From NCBI GenBank assembly GCA_951406725.2, contig OX597814.1:1426001-1490000 (forward strand): a DNA stretch of 64,000 nt, read 5' to 3'. Numbering within the stretch: position 1 is the first letter of the stretch; the number at the start of each line of letters is the position of its first letter. Positions 29,998 through 43,974 of the stretch are shown in pieces. The notes beneath the pieces were generated by a model. It did not search any database. It was not told the DNA's origin and saw only the letters and a list, made by a program, of their open reading frames with translations. Made by a program: the position numbers and the translations under genes. The stretch is from Octopus vulgaris (taxonomy: Eukaryota).

Positions 29998-32524
29998 CTC
30001 ACTCACTCACTCACTCACGCATTCACTCACTCACTCACTCACTCACTCACTCACTCACTCACTCACTCACTCACTAACTCACTCATTCATTCACTCACTC
30101 ATTCATTCACTCGCTCACTCACTCACTCACTCACTCATTCATTCACTCACTCACTCATTCACTCACTCATTCACTCGCTCACTCACTCACTCACTCACTC
30201 GCTCACTCACTCACTCACTCACTCACTCACCAGCTCACTCACTCACTCACTCACTCACTCACCAGCTCACTCACTGACTCACTCACTCACTCACTCATTC
30301 ACTCACTCATTCCCTCTCTCACTCACTCACTCACTCACTCGCTCACTCACTCACTCACTCACTCACTCACTCACTCACTCGCTCACTCACTCACTCACTC
30401 ACTCACTCACTCACTCTCATACTCACTCACTCACTCACTCACTCGCTCGCTCACTCACTCACTCACTCACTCACTCACTCGCTCACTCACTCACTCACTC
30501 ACTCACTCTCATACTCACTCACTCACTCATTCATTCACTCGCTCACTCACTCACTCATTAACTCACTCACTCACTCTCATACTCACTCACTCACTCACTC
30601 ATTCACTCACTCACTCATTCACTCACTCATTCACTCGCTCACTCACTCACTCATTCATTCACTCGCTCACTCACTCACTCACTCGCTTACTCACTCATTC
30701 ACTCACTTACTCATTCATTCACTTACTCACTCACTCACTCACTCATTCATTCACTCGCTCACTCACTCACTCATTCATTCACTCACTCACTCACCCTCAT
30801 ACTCGCTCACTCACTCACTCATTCACTCACTCACTCACTCTCATACTCACTCACTCACTCACTCATTCACACACTCACTCATTCACTCACTCATTCACTC
30901 GCTCACTCATTCATTCACTCGCTCACTCACTCACTCACTCGCTTACTCACTCACTCACTCACTCACTCATTCATTCACTCACTCACTCATTCATTCACTC
31001 GCTCACTCACTCACTCACTCACTCATTCACTCACTCATTCACTCACTCATTCATTCACTCATTCATTCACTCGCTCACTCATTCATTCACTCACTCACTC
31101 ATTCATTCACTCGCTCACTCACTCACTCATTAACTCACTCACTCACTCTCATACTCACTCGCTCACTCACTCACTCACTCGCTTACTCACTCACTCACTC
31201 ACTCACTCATTCATTCACTCACTCACTCACTCATTCATTCACTCGCTCACTCACTCACTCACTCATTCACTCACTCATTCACTCACTCATTCATTCACTC
31301 ACTCATTCACTCGCTCACTCACTCACTCACTCACTCACTCTCATACTCACTCACTCACTCATCATTCACTCGCTCACTCACTCACTCATTAACTCACTCA
31401 CTCACTCATACTCACTCACTCACTCACTCATTCACTCACTCACTCATTCACTCACTCATTCACTCGCTCACTCACTCACTCATTCATTCACTCGCTCACT
31501 CACTCACTCACTCGCTCACTCACTCACTCACTCACTCACTCACTCACTCAGTCACTCACTCACTCACTCACTCACTCGCTCAGTCACTCACTCACTCACT
31601 CACTCACTCACTCACTCACTCACTCACTCACTCACTCACTCACTCACTCACTCACTCATTCTCTCACTCACTCACTCACTCGCTCAGTCACTCACTCACT
31701 CACTCACTCAGTCACTCACTCACTCACTCACTCACTCACTCTCTCACTCACTCTCTCTCACTCACTCACTCACTCACTCACTCACTCACTCACTCACACT
31801 CACTCACTCACTCACTCACTCATTCTCACTCACTCACTCACTCACTCACTCACTCACTCACTCACTCACTCACTCGCTCAGTCACTCACTCACTCACTCA
31901 CTCGCTCAGTCACTCACTCACTCACTTACTCACTCACTCATTCTCTCACTCACTCACTCGCTCAGTCACTCACTCACTCACTCGCTCAGTCACTCACTCA
32001 CTCACTCACTCACTCACTCACTCTCTCACTCACTCGCTCACTCACTCACTCACTCACTCACTCATTCTTTCACTCACTCACTCACTCGCTCAGTCACTCA
32101 CTCACTCACTCACTCACTCGCTCAGTCACTCAGTCACTCACTCACTCTCTCAGTCACTCACTCACTCACTCACTCACTCACTCGCTCAGTCACTCAGTCA
32201 CTCACTCACTCAGTCACTCACTCACTCACTCGCTTACTCTCTCACTCACTCACTCTCTCACTCACTCGCTCACTCACTCACTCACTCACTCACTCACTCT
32301 CATACTCACTCACTCACTCACTCATTCTTTCACTCACTCACTCACTCGCTCAGTCACTCACTCACTCACTCACTCACTCGCTCAGTCACTCAGTCACTCA
32401 CTCACTCTCTCAGTCACTCACTCACTCACTCACTCACTCGCTCAGTCACTCAGTCACTCAGTCACTCAGTCACTCACTCACTCACTCGCTTACTCTCTCA
32501 CTCACTCACTCACTCACTCACTCA
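29998..32524. repeat. ~2.5-kb (CACT)n array with CATT/CGCT/CAGT variants
   Basis: Directly visible. Confidence 0.97.
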
Positions 32525-33050
32525 TATATATATATATATATATATATAAAACTTACATATATATACATAGCCACACACACACAAACAGACATACGAACAC
32601 ACTCATGTATATATCTACAACACTACATATATACTAACATACAGGCATATATATGTATATATATGCATATACTTACATATATATATATACTTACACACGC
32701 ATATATATATATATTCTTTTATTTGTTTCAATCATTTTGACTAAGGCCATGCTAGAGCGCCGCTTTTTCGTGTGTATATATATATATATACGTACACACA
32801 CTCACGCACACACACATGTATGAAAGACATGGTACAGACGTGTGTTAACCGACTCAATTCTCGTTCGACCACAGAATAATGATTGCTCAAATGATTACTA
32901 TTGTTACCGTCTTCTACTAGACAACGGGCAACACACAGACACACACACAACCGCGCGCGCACGCACAACCCACGCACACACACACACACTCGCGCGCATA
33001 TTGTGTCTGCATATAGATGCACATAATCACGATTACTTTCACGCATAATA

Positions 33051-33084
<34 letters not shown>

Positions 33085-33119
33085 CATATATAGATGCATG
33101 TATGTATGTATATATATGC

Positions 33120-33155
<36 letters not shown>

Positions 33156-33159
<4 letters not shown>

Positions 33160-33500
33160 AGAGTTCACGAAAAAAACAAAAGACGAAGACAGGTGATGTA
33201 GAAAACAAACAGATGTATTGGTATAACGCTCGGGAATAGAAAAAGTCTTTTACGTTTCGAGCCTACGCTCTTCTACAGAAAGGGACACAGAAAAAAAACA
33301 AGGAGAGAAAAAATGTGTGTAGTGGCTAACGATCTATCATGGCGACTAGTGCCGGACAGAAGGGTCAAACACGAGGAGGAAAGTAGGGGAGATAACAAGG
33401 TATGATGACCCCCAACACAAAGGTGCGTGTGTGTATAAGAGAGTATGTATGTGCGTGTGAAAGAGGGTTGGTGGTCTGGACGTGTGTGTGTATGTATGTG
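33156..33500 (-). mobile_element. Minimal-HHR element (same family as 59276-59490)
   Basis: Shares about 190 bp with 59276-59480; minus strand CTTT-CTGTAGA-A-GAGC-GTAG-GCTC-GAAACGTA-AAAG (33247-33282); starts at a (TA)n. Confidence 0.7.
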
Positions 33501-33660
33501 TAGGTGTGAAGATGTGGAGATGAGTGTGTGGGTGGTGCGTTGTGATGTGGGATATCTTTTATATCCCTGAAACAGCTGTAAGGCAACTCTTCTCTTCTCT
33601 TTATAAAACGTCCTAGAAATTTCACACTACCCTGGCTTTGTTGCCTCATTTTATTTATCC

Positions 33661-33691
<31 letters not shown>

Positions 33692-33952
33692 GACTAAATA
33701 TAATAAATATATATGTGTGTTAAGAGCCATATATACAAGGGTGTTAAGAAAGGGTCAAACAGATTGATCATGAGAGCGATTCATGCAAGTTGAAAACATC
33801 AACTCTCCTATTGAATGTAAGTAGATATGTATAAACGCACGTATATATAGATATACGTAGCGATAGTAGCATACTGGTAAGCGCTTTATATGTGTGAAAC
33901 CAAAGGTCACTCCATGACCGACCATAACATTTAACTTCCTAAAAGATATATC

Positions 33953-34076
<124 letters not shown>

Positions 34077-34112
34077 CCTATCTATCTATCTGAGTGTCTA
34101 TCTATCTATCTA

Positions 34113-34178
<66 letters not shown>

Positions 34179-34657
34179 AACATTTACAAACATACATGCT
34201 TGCATATGCTCATGTACACATACGCACATACATACAAATATACTCGCATGCATACATATACGTTTACATACGTACGCATCTATATATGTGTATACACACA
34301 CGCATAAATATACACAGACATATATATATATATAGACATTAATGTATAGTTAGCCCCCCACCACCACCACCACACGTATACTATAAACATGAATACATAC
34401 ATATATTTACGCATACAAACCACCATTCCTTCACTAACCCCACAACCTTATACAGATTTGGGCGAAACATTGAAAATAAATATGAGAAAAGATATAAAAT
34501 ATTCATAAGTCTCAAGATAAACCATTAAAAAAATTCTTTCCGATTACCACATTGTAAATAATTTTGAAAAAGTTATATACTGAAAATAGAAATAAAATAT
34601 ACACAGGAATAGAAATACATAGAACTATCTTTAGAAGCCCTTAAAGGTAAAACAAGC

Positions 34658-34693
<36 letters not shown>

Positions 34694-35144
34694 GTATGTA
34701 TGTATGTATTTTTTTCTATCGTCTGCTCTCTCGTTTTTCTGTGAAGCAGACGACGCTATCATACAGGGTTACTCAATTACAGTTACAGTTTGTGCTTCGA
34801 ACGTCTCTCTCTCTATTAAATATGTATTATCCGTTGTTTTTACTGATCCCCGAAGACTGTGCGCTTGATATCATAGACACAAGCAAGAAACAGCTGCACT
34901 TATTTGACTCGGTTATTCTTATGTTCTATTCTGGAAGAACATGAAAAAAGAAATGCCAAAAACCTGTGGACACCTCCCTCAGTTTATTAAAATAAAGGAG
35001 AATATCAAAACGGTTAAACGGATGAGATGGTAGTTTGTCAGTTTAATGGTGATGGAGAATAAGTGTTATGTGTACGTTTTCTTGTGATTCATCTGTCGAA
35101 GGAACATCAACAATATTCTGTCTTAGTTCACTTAGCTGTGAGTA

Positions 35145-35350
35145 GTTGTTGTTGTTCAGCAACAAGACGAGTAAGGGTGATTAGGTGATGGTCTAGGGCT
35201 TAGGGGTGGGAAACCCCAGACCTTGGAGAAGAAAAAGCTTTGGTTGTCTTGTTGTAGTCGAGGGCTCTTCGTTGACGCCCGACACCACTGGCAGGTGGCC
35301 CTCGAAGTCGCTGGAAATGGAGATCTCCAGGTCCAAATTCTTGAACGGCT
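35145..35350 (-). mobile_element. Short internally deleted LINE derivative (same family as 45790-46260)
   Basis: 5' segment matches 46098-46206; 3' end ATCACCCTTACTCGTCTTGTTGCT plus (AAC)n matches the 45790-45840 tail. Confidence 0.75.
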
Positions 35351-35905
35351 AGCTGTGAGTAAGAGATTACCTACATGGCAGTGTCCTACATGGCAGTGTC
35401 GGGCAGAAAGCTTCGTGGTATCGTTCCAGGCTTTCTGTGCTCTAAGTTCAAGCTCTGCACAGATCAGCTTTGCCGTTCATCCTTTCGGGGTCGGTAAATA
35501 GAGTGAATTGCTGTTTTGATTCCAAGGGCGCATCTGACCAGATTACTGCTTTCGATGGCGAATAAATAACCGAGATCACAACATTCCCCTTGATCGGAAG
35601 GCTATGCCATTGCCATAGTTACTCATTTGCAATCAATTGACCTAGAACTTCGTCAAATGAAGTGTTTTGCTTAAAAACCCAACGCACCGCTTATTCGAAA
35701 CTACGATATTGCAATCGTGAGTGCAATACCTTGATCATTAAGCTTCGCATCTTCACTTTTAGGCAGCTAAGATGATGGAATTGTTAGAGGTGATGTTTAT
35801 CCCCTCTTAAACGTGGATGTTCTCTTGGAACAAAATTTACTGCGGTTTTTACCATAAGAGAAATTCTCATATAAGCTTTTGGTGCAGAATGCACGCTTGT
35901 TCGTT

Positions 35906-36047
35906 TATATCGCTAGCGGGGAGATAACTCCCTACCAACTCCAACCGAGATCATCAGGTCACGTAATTTCAACTTTCCCTGATCTCATTGGTGATGGACG
36001 CTCGACTGCTTGAGATAGCTGCGACTCATCTCTCCGCTAGCGATATA
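35906..36047. mobile_element. Small foldback/MITE-like element
   Basis: TATATCGCTAGCGGGGAGAT and ATCTCTCCGCTAGCGATATA form a 19/20 inverted match. Confidence 0.5.
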
Positions 36048-36785
36048 GAATAAAATAATGCCACATCAGGTACGGGTATCGCGATTAGCCCGTTAGTTTG
36101 TTAAAAGATATATTGTAGAATTATTCGAGTTACTGGTGCGGGATCTATTCTGAGTGCAGATTCTGCCCTGGGAGTTAAATGTTATTCGATCTAATAAGTG
36201 TGTGCGTTCTTTCAGCTGTACAGAGCCAGCATTCCTTTTTACCTATCAATGCATAGCCGAGATCTCTATACAATGCTCCACTTGATAGCGTGCGCTATAT
36301 TGCTTATCATTCAAGTCCCAGATATAGCTTGATAGCGTTGTGTTATTTTACATGTTGCTAAGAAGTCTGATGGTTGACGTATCTCTTTTTAAAGTCACTT
36401 TCACGCAGTCCAATGTTCTTTCGGTTTCCTTGCATAACAGAACGGTGGTGACTTCGGCTTCGTTGGCGACTGAGCTGACCATGCACGATTTTATGTTCAT
36501 GTATGTGCAGGGATGGACCCAACCAGCTTATCCACTTTTCCTACTGGTCTCCTGCTTCAATTAGAAGCAATTATTTTCTCTCTTCTTATTCATCATCACC
36601 ACCAACACAATCACCACCACCGCCGCTGCCGCCACCAAATCCACCCCATCCCCGCCGCCGTCGCCACTACCACCTCACCAATGTATACAGTGCGTTTCTC
36701 TGCCCTAGGTGTCAGGAAGACGCAAGGCAAGAAATGGAAATAGAATTGAAAGAAGATAATGAAAATAATAATAATAATAATAATC

Positions 36786-37110
36786 TGTTGTGTCTGGGGA
36801 GAGTCATTCTTTTTTGGTGCTTTAAAATCTAACACACTCACCGGTAAAACTTACGCTTATTTTTATTTTTCTAAAATTTTTGTTGCATCTTGCAACCTTT
36901 TCAATAGTTTCCAATAGTTTTGAAAAGGTTGCAAGATGCAATGAAAATTTTAGTAAAGTAAATAAGTAAATGAGTGGAAATTTCACCGGTGAGTGTGTTA
37001 AACTATAAGGCACCAAAAGAGAATGACTTTCCCCAGACACAACAAAATATGCTTCAACACACGAACTCACATAAAGAATCTTGCAAACCAAATCTCAAAA
37101 TGAAATAATA
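36786..37110. mobile_element. Foldback element with ~120-bp degenerate inverted arms and atypical HHR-like motif
   Basis: 36786-36903 approximates rc of 36920-37044; TTGAAAAG-GTTGCA-AGA-TGCAA-(T)GAAAATTT; flanked by (AAT)n. Confidence 0.65.
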
Positions 37111-37368
37111 ATAATATTATCTCAAATTTTGGCACAAGGCCAGCAGTTTCGGGAAGAGTATAAGTCGATTAAACCGACTCAGTGTTCAACTGATATTCAT
37201 TTTATCGATCCCTACAGGACAAAAGCAAAGTCGACCTCGGCGGAATTTGAGCTCAATGTAAAGAGCGACGAAGCATTTTGTTCAGTATTCTAACGATTCT
37301 GTCAGTTCACCCCCTTAACAACAACTGCAACAACAACAACAACAACGACGTCGACGACTAAACAACAA

Positions 37369-37756
37369 TGGATGGAAGCACTCCGTCGGTTACGACGACC
37401 AGGGTTCCGGTTGATCCGAATCAACGGAACAGCCTGCTCGTGAAATTAACGTGTAAGTGGCTGAGCACTCCACAGACACGTGTACCCTTAACGTAGTTCT
37501 CGGGGATATTCAGCGTGACACAGAGAGTGACAAGGCCGGCCCCTTGAAATACAGGTACAACAAAAACAGGAAGTAAGAGTGAGAGAAAGTTGTGGTGAAA
37601 GAGTACAGCAGGGATCACCACCACCCCCTGCCGGTGCCTCGTGGAGCTTTTAGGTGTTTTCGCTCAATAAACACTCACAACGCTCGGTCTGGGAATCGAA
37701 ACCGCGATCCTATGACCGCGAGTCCGCTGCCCTAACCACTGGGCCATTGCGCCTCC
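37369..37756 (-). mobile_element. tRNA(Arg)-like SINE (OR-type head), full length with 12-bp TSD
   Basis: TSD ACTAAACAACAA (37357-37368 / 37757-37768); A box TGGCCCAGTGG, B box GGTTTCGATTCC on the minus strand. Confidence 0.9.
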
Positions 37757-37974
37757 ACTAAACAACAAGAATGGTAATGATAATAATGCTTGTTGTTATA
37801 GTAGTAGTTGTTGTTGTTGCTATCATTGTAATACATGGTAGTTTGGTAGTTGTGTGGGTGAGCAGAGGGTAAGGCTTAGCACACAATAACAGATGCTGCA
37901 GTTACCGTCTTCAGATATAATACCGGAATTACGGACCAACAAACAGCGCTGGGATGTTCAAATTGGTGGAAACA

Positions 37975-38580
<606 letters not shown>

Positions 38581-39159
38581 AATAGACATATACAATAAAC
38601 AAAAGGATGAACATATTCATACATACATATATATATATACATACATACATATTATACATATATATATATATAAATATATATATGTATGTGTGTGTGTGAG
38701 TGTGTGTGTGGTTTAGAAATGTGTGTATATAAATGATTAAGTAGAGAGATAAAACCATAATTGTATCATACCACTCGACTGAACTAACAGCATTAAGTGA
38801 AGGGAAAGATTTCGAAGCGAAACTAACATGCCCTACACCAAACAGGACATAAGCAACAGTGGGGGTGTGTCTGAATGGAGACAGGGGCCTCTGTGATTAA
38901 TCTCCTTTTTATAGGCTTTCATATTACACCAGTTCTTTTACACCCTTGGGTTCACCTTAAAATCTTATCCGATCTCGTATCTCCATTATTTTGTTTTTAA
39001 ACATGTAAATAGTGATTGCCCTATCTCGATGGATACACTGCGTGGATGTTGCCTGCTTGGGTAGACATAGTGTGTAGATGCTGACGGGAGAGGCACAGTG
39101 TGTAGAGGCTGTTTATTGGCTAAACGGATATTGCATGTTGATGTTGACTGGGCACATCG

Positions 39160-39541
39160 TGGCACTCCGTCGGTTGCGACGACGAGGGTTCCACTTGACG
39201 CGATCAACGGAACAGCCTGCTCGTGAAATTAACGTGCAAGTGGCTGAGCACTCCACAGACACGTGTACCCTTAACGTAGTTCTCGGGGGAGATTCAGCAT
39301 GACACAGAGTGTGTCAAGGCTGGCCCCTTTTATGTACAAGTACAATAGAAACAAGAAGAAAGAGTGAGAGAAAGTTGTGGTGAAAGAGTACAGCAGGGTT
39401 CGCCAATACCCCCTGCCGGAGGCTCATGGAGCTTTAGGTGTTTTCGCTCAATAAACACTCACAACACCCGCCCTGGGAAACGAAACCGCGATCCTACGAC
39501 CGTGAATCCGCTGCCCTAATCACTAGGCCATTGCACCTCCA
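39160..39541 (-). mobile_element. OR-type SINE, full length
   Basis: Homologous to 37369-37756; interrupts a degenerate ~30-bp minisatellite. Confidence 0.85.
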
Positions 39542-39819
39542 CACTAGGCATATAGACACTGTGTGTAAATGCTGACTGGTTAGATAGGCACAGAGTGTAG
39601 GGGGATGTTGATTGTATCGGGACAGTATAGAATTGCTGACCGGAAAGATAATTACGGTTTGTAGATGTTGGTTAGTCGGATAGGCACAGTGTGTCGATGT
39701 TGATTGGGTAGACACTACATAAATATTGATTTCAAATTTTGGCACAAGGCCAGCAATTTTGAGGGAGGGCGTAAGTCGATTACATCGACTTCAGTGTTTA
39801 ACTGGCACTTATTTTATCG

Positions 39820-40090
39820 AGTATCCTGCATATCACAGGCCTTTAATGAGGACTTGACACAGTCCTTAAATCGTAGCCCTGATTTCTGCCGAGGTCTCTT
39901 TCCATACACAAGTTCCCCATATAGCATCTGCTTAGGGATCCTGCTATCCTTCATTCTAATAAGGTCCAACGTAACTGGTGCTTGTGCACCATCGCCTCAA
40001 TACTCAAGATATCAACTATCTTCAGGACCTGTTTGTCTGGAGTTTTCAAGGTCCGACCAACATTCAAAATGTTCAAGGACCCTTATTGTT
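39820..40090 (-). pseudogene. RTE-clade LINE ORF 3' fragment
   Basis: Minus strand SIEAMVHKHQLRW / LIRMKDSRIPKQMLYGELVYGKRPRQKSGLRFKDCVKSSLKAC matches the RTE LRW.GH..RM...R.PK..LYGEL..GKR motif. Confidence 0.8.
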
Positions 40091-40379
40091 GTGTACCGTG
40101 CATACGTACATACATACATACATACATACATACATACATGCATACATACATACACACTGCCTAAATACCAATCTTCAGAAATTAGGATTCTCAGAACCAG
40201 AAAGAAGATAGCTAATTTGAAGACTACAGATCTACTCCATCATTGGAACTGTAAAAATCTGTAAAACTTTCCAGAAGTTTATCTATTAAATATATATGAG
40301 CATGTCTAGATATGCAACTATGTGCATGAGAATACATAAAACATACAAATTTGCACTTACATACATACCCACCCACCCT

Positions 40380-41124
40380 GTTCTATATTTAAGAGACGAG
40401 GAATTATGTACATTATTTACATGTTCTCATCTTGTTTGTTGTTGTTAACACAACATTTCGGCTGAGGTGTCTTGGGGAAATTTCGAACCTGGGTATTTTT
40501 CGGCGTCATGGAACTCGGAATCTCGGGGTTAGTAGTCCGCGCTCTTAACCACTACGCCATATGCCCGTGGGCAATCATGGAATGAATTTTAGGGCTTATA
40601 AATCTAATATTTTCCTATCCTTCCTTAATATCGGTTCCCATATGCTGCTCATATCTGCACTCGGTCTGCTTGGGAGGATGTTGTGTCCTAGCATATGTGC
40701 TGCTTCTTTTAGTTTTCGTATTTTCCAGTGGTGTTCTCTGTCTATTATTCTAACTTCATCCCAAAGGGGGAGGTGGTCTCCATTTTTTCATACATGATCA
40801 GCTATGTCCGATTTATCTCCTCGTGTCACAGTTTTGTGATGTTCCTCTACCCTTATTTTGAGGTGGGTGGCATGTTTCGCTTTGTATGACCTACCACATC
40901 TGCATGGCATGGAGTACACGCAGTTCTTAGTCATATTCTCTTCGAATGGAAGTTTTACTCGAAGGAAATATTTGCGAAGTGTTGTATTACTTTTGAATAC
41001 TGTCCTGATGTCATATGGGCCGCATATCTTTTGTATCTTTTCGGAGGCTGGAGGGTATATCAGCCGAAACGTTGTGTTAACAACAAGCAAGATGAGGACA
41101 AATATCCGTCGAATGTAAATAATG
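40380..41124 (-). mobile_element. 5'-truncated Penelope-like retroelement with inverted pLTR cap
   Basis: GIY-YIG remnant, then tRNA-like module, deleted HHR and tail; 41045-41124 is an inverted copy of the HHR/tail region. Confidence 0.85.
40596..41045 (-). pseudogene. Penelope/Poseidon-type C-terminal GIY-YIG endonuclease fragment
   Basis: IRTVFKSNTTLR..NCVYSMPCRCGRSYKA..LKIRVEEH..SDIADHV*KNGDHLPLWDEVRIIDREHHWKIRKLKEAAH..WEPIL fits the PLE motif VY.IPC.CG..Y.G.T...L..R..EH..S..A.H..R..KE. Confidence 0.85.
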
Positions 41125-41314
41125 CAAAAATACCATGTTGTTGGTGTTTAAATTCCTATGAAAGAGCCTTGAATCTAGGTTAGAAACCGGTTCTTTGTTG
41201 GCAAGAAATCTTGAAATAAACTGAATAATGACATACATACATATATATGTACGTACATGTATGTACGTTTTTCTATTCATAGATGTGTGTGTATGTATAT
41301 ATATATATGCAGGA

Positions 41315-41485
<171 letters not shown>

Positions 41486-41698
41486 GTATGTATATAAACA
41501 TATGGATGGATATGTGCATGTGTATATGTGTATATATGTGTATGTGTGAGGGATAATCATTGCCACTAATCATAAAATATTCGTATTTTATATGCAAATT
41601 TATATATCACACTCAATCATCCATCCATAAATACACACATACTCACACACACATACACAAACATATATGTGCATACATACATTCATGCATGCATACAA

Positions 41699-41734
<36 letters not shown>

Positions 41735-42264
41735 TGTATTACGCAGCTATATCTATCTATATATATACACACACATACACACATACATATGCATATATGT
41801 ATATATACATGCGCATATATATATGTATATATGTACGTATATGTACATATATATACATATGTATACATACATGTGTATGTGCGTCTGTGTTTGTTTTCTT
41901 GACATTCGATGCCAAATATAGATGGACATCACGTGATTAGCATATAGAAATTAAACTGTTTTATAAAGTCACCCACTGCCAAATTCTAGTTGGCGACTTT
42001 AGAGAGATAAGAGAAAGTTAATTATGGCTTAATTAATCCTTATAATTAAGTTGTATAGAATCTCGAATTGTAACTGTGTGTGGTATGTTCGTTAGTGTTT
42101 TATAGTATCAATTAATTAGGTGTTGTTATTGCCGGTAGCAAGACATCACAGAAGGCGATGTTTTATAAATGCGGAGTAAGATGTCACTGTAGCAGGGGTG
42201 GGCCACATTGGCTGGTCAGAGAGAACCTATTGTTGTTATTGTTGTTGTTTTGTAGCCGTCACTG

Positions 42265-42580
42265 GCTCTCCGTCGGTTACGACGACGAGTGTTCCAGTCG
42301 ATCCGATCAAGGGAACAGCCTGCTCGGGAAATTAACGCGGAAGTCGCTGAACACTCAACAGACACGTGTACCCTTAATGTAGTTCTCAGGGAGATCCTGC
42401 GTGACACGGAGTGTGACGAGGCTGGACCTTTGAAATATAGGTACCATTCATTTTTGCCAGCTGAGTGGACTAGAGCAACGTGAAATAAAGTGTCTTGCTC
42501 AAAGACACAACGCGCCACCGGGAATTGAACTCACGACTTTATGATCGCGAGTCGAATATCCTAATCACCGAGCCACACAC
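42265..42580 (-). mobile_element. SINE family C (CORE-like)
   Basis: Homologous to 11455-11765. Confidence 0.8.
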
Positions 42581-43974
42581 CTTGCTGCTTGTTGTTGCTT
42601 GTAGCTGTAAGCCCGGTTTCTTCAAGTAAACCTAGAACCTGTGAGATAGCTTGTCAAACGGTTTGGTACAGCCTCGGAACTCCATTTCACGAGAGATAAT
42701 AGTGGTGTTAAGGTGTTACCCGGTTTAACACCGCAATTTGATTCTTGGGTGTCTTTAACCGAGTCTACACTCTTTCAAGCATTTCAACCAACTATCAACT
42801 TTGATGCCAATTTCCTTCTCTTCTTCTCTGGAGGATCTGAAAGTGGCCATCTCTTCGACTTGAAAACAGTTTGCTTGTGCAAGTGCATTTAGTTAAGAAA
42901 AAAAAAAAAAAAAACTCCACTCACCGGACGCCTGTAGGATTCAGGAACCATCAAGAGAGAATGCGCACGGTTTCGGGGCCTTCGTCTCGAATGCTTTACA
43001 GCACACCGGACACCCTCTATCGCACCGACACTCGGAAAATTACAATTTCTATATGCATCGATTTTTTTTCTTGGTACACTACAAAGCTTTGGTAAAATCA
43101 GTATGCTCGAATAGTTAAGAAGCTTGCTTTGTAACCGCGAGTTCTTGGGTTCGATCTCCTGCGTAGTATCTTGTGGAAACGTTATTTTCAGTAACATCGG
43201 GCTGAGCCATACTCTGTGAGTGAAATTGGGTAGACGGAAACTGTAAGGAGCCCGTCGGGCAAATTATACCCGGAATTCAAAAGGTACAGCTTTATTACCC
43301 GCTGCGTTATGCTGATTCTATTTGAGAATTGCGTTAATGATACACTTGTCTGCGGAATACTCAGCCACTTATATGTTAATTCAGGAGCAGGGAATTCATT
43401 GGACCAAACAGCCAAATCCTCTTCGTCAAACGACGGAGGTCCAACGCTATACAACATTAGCTTGAAGTCGTGACATATTTGCCTGTAAATATTTTAAGGA
43501 CATTTTTCGTATCTTGTGTTCAAGAGTGGGAATGGGGTTAGCGGGTTTTGGGGTCGAAATCCCTACAGAAATCGATGTGAAAATGATGTGAGTCCGGTTT
43601 TATTACTGCCAAAGCCATCATTTGCTTTTCCCTGTTTATTCTTCACGATTGGAACAATGGCGAATGAGTATATTGGTCTGTATGCGTATCGTACTTATAT
43701 AGGGATATGTGTGGGCTAATAACGTCAGGGGTAAGTTTTTCTAAAATGTTTCAGGGTGTGTAGAAGAGGGTGACCGCTCTATAGTAACAAGGTAAAAGTC
43801 AAATAGGTGCTTCGTGTTATTCTGCGATTTAAAATTTCGAGTTACTTTTCCGAGTTTTACATTTATATCTAAACCGCTGGAATGTATTCTGTGCAGAGTC
43901 TTAGCATCGAAAAGGGAGATAACAACTATACTTCCGCTTTATGTCGTAACTGTTCCTGCAGTTATTATACTTTG

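Noticed and set aside
39040-39720. Degenerate ~30-bp repeats flanking a SINE
   Set aside because: Old minisatellite with no spacer structure or evident function.
40788-40790. In-frame TGA in the GIY-YIG fragment as possible selenocysteine (as in Naiad PLEs)
   Set aside because: It is not at a Cys position, is most simply a TGG-to-TGA mutation in a decayed copy, and the endonuclease is C-terminal, unlike Naiads.
41146-41176. HHR-like string upstream of GAAACCGGT
   Set aside because: Core and helix I too degenerate to call.
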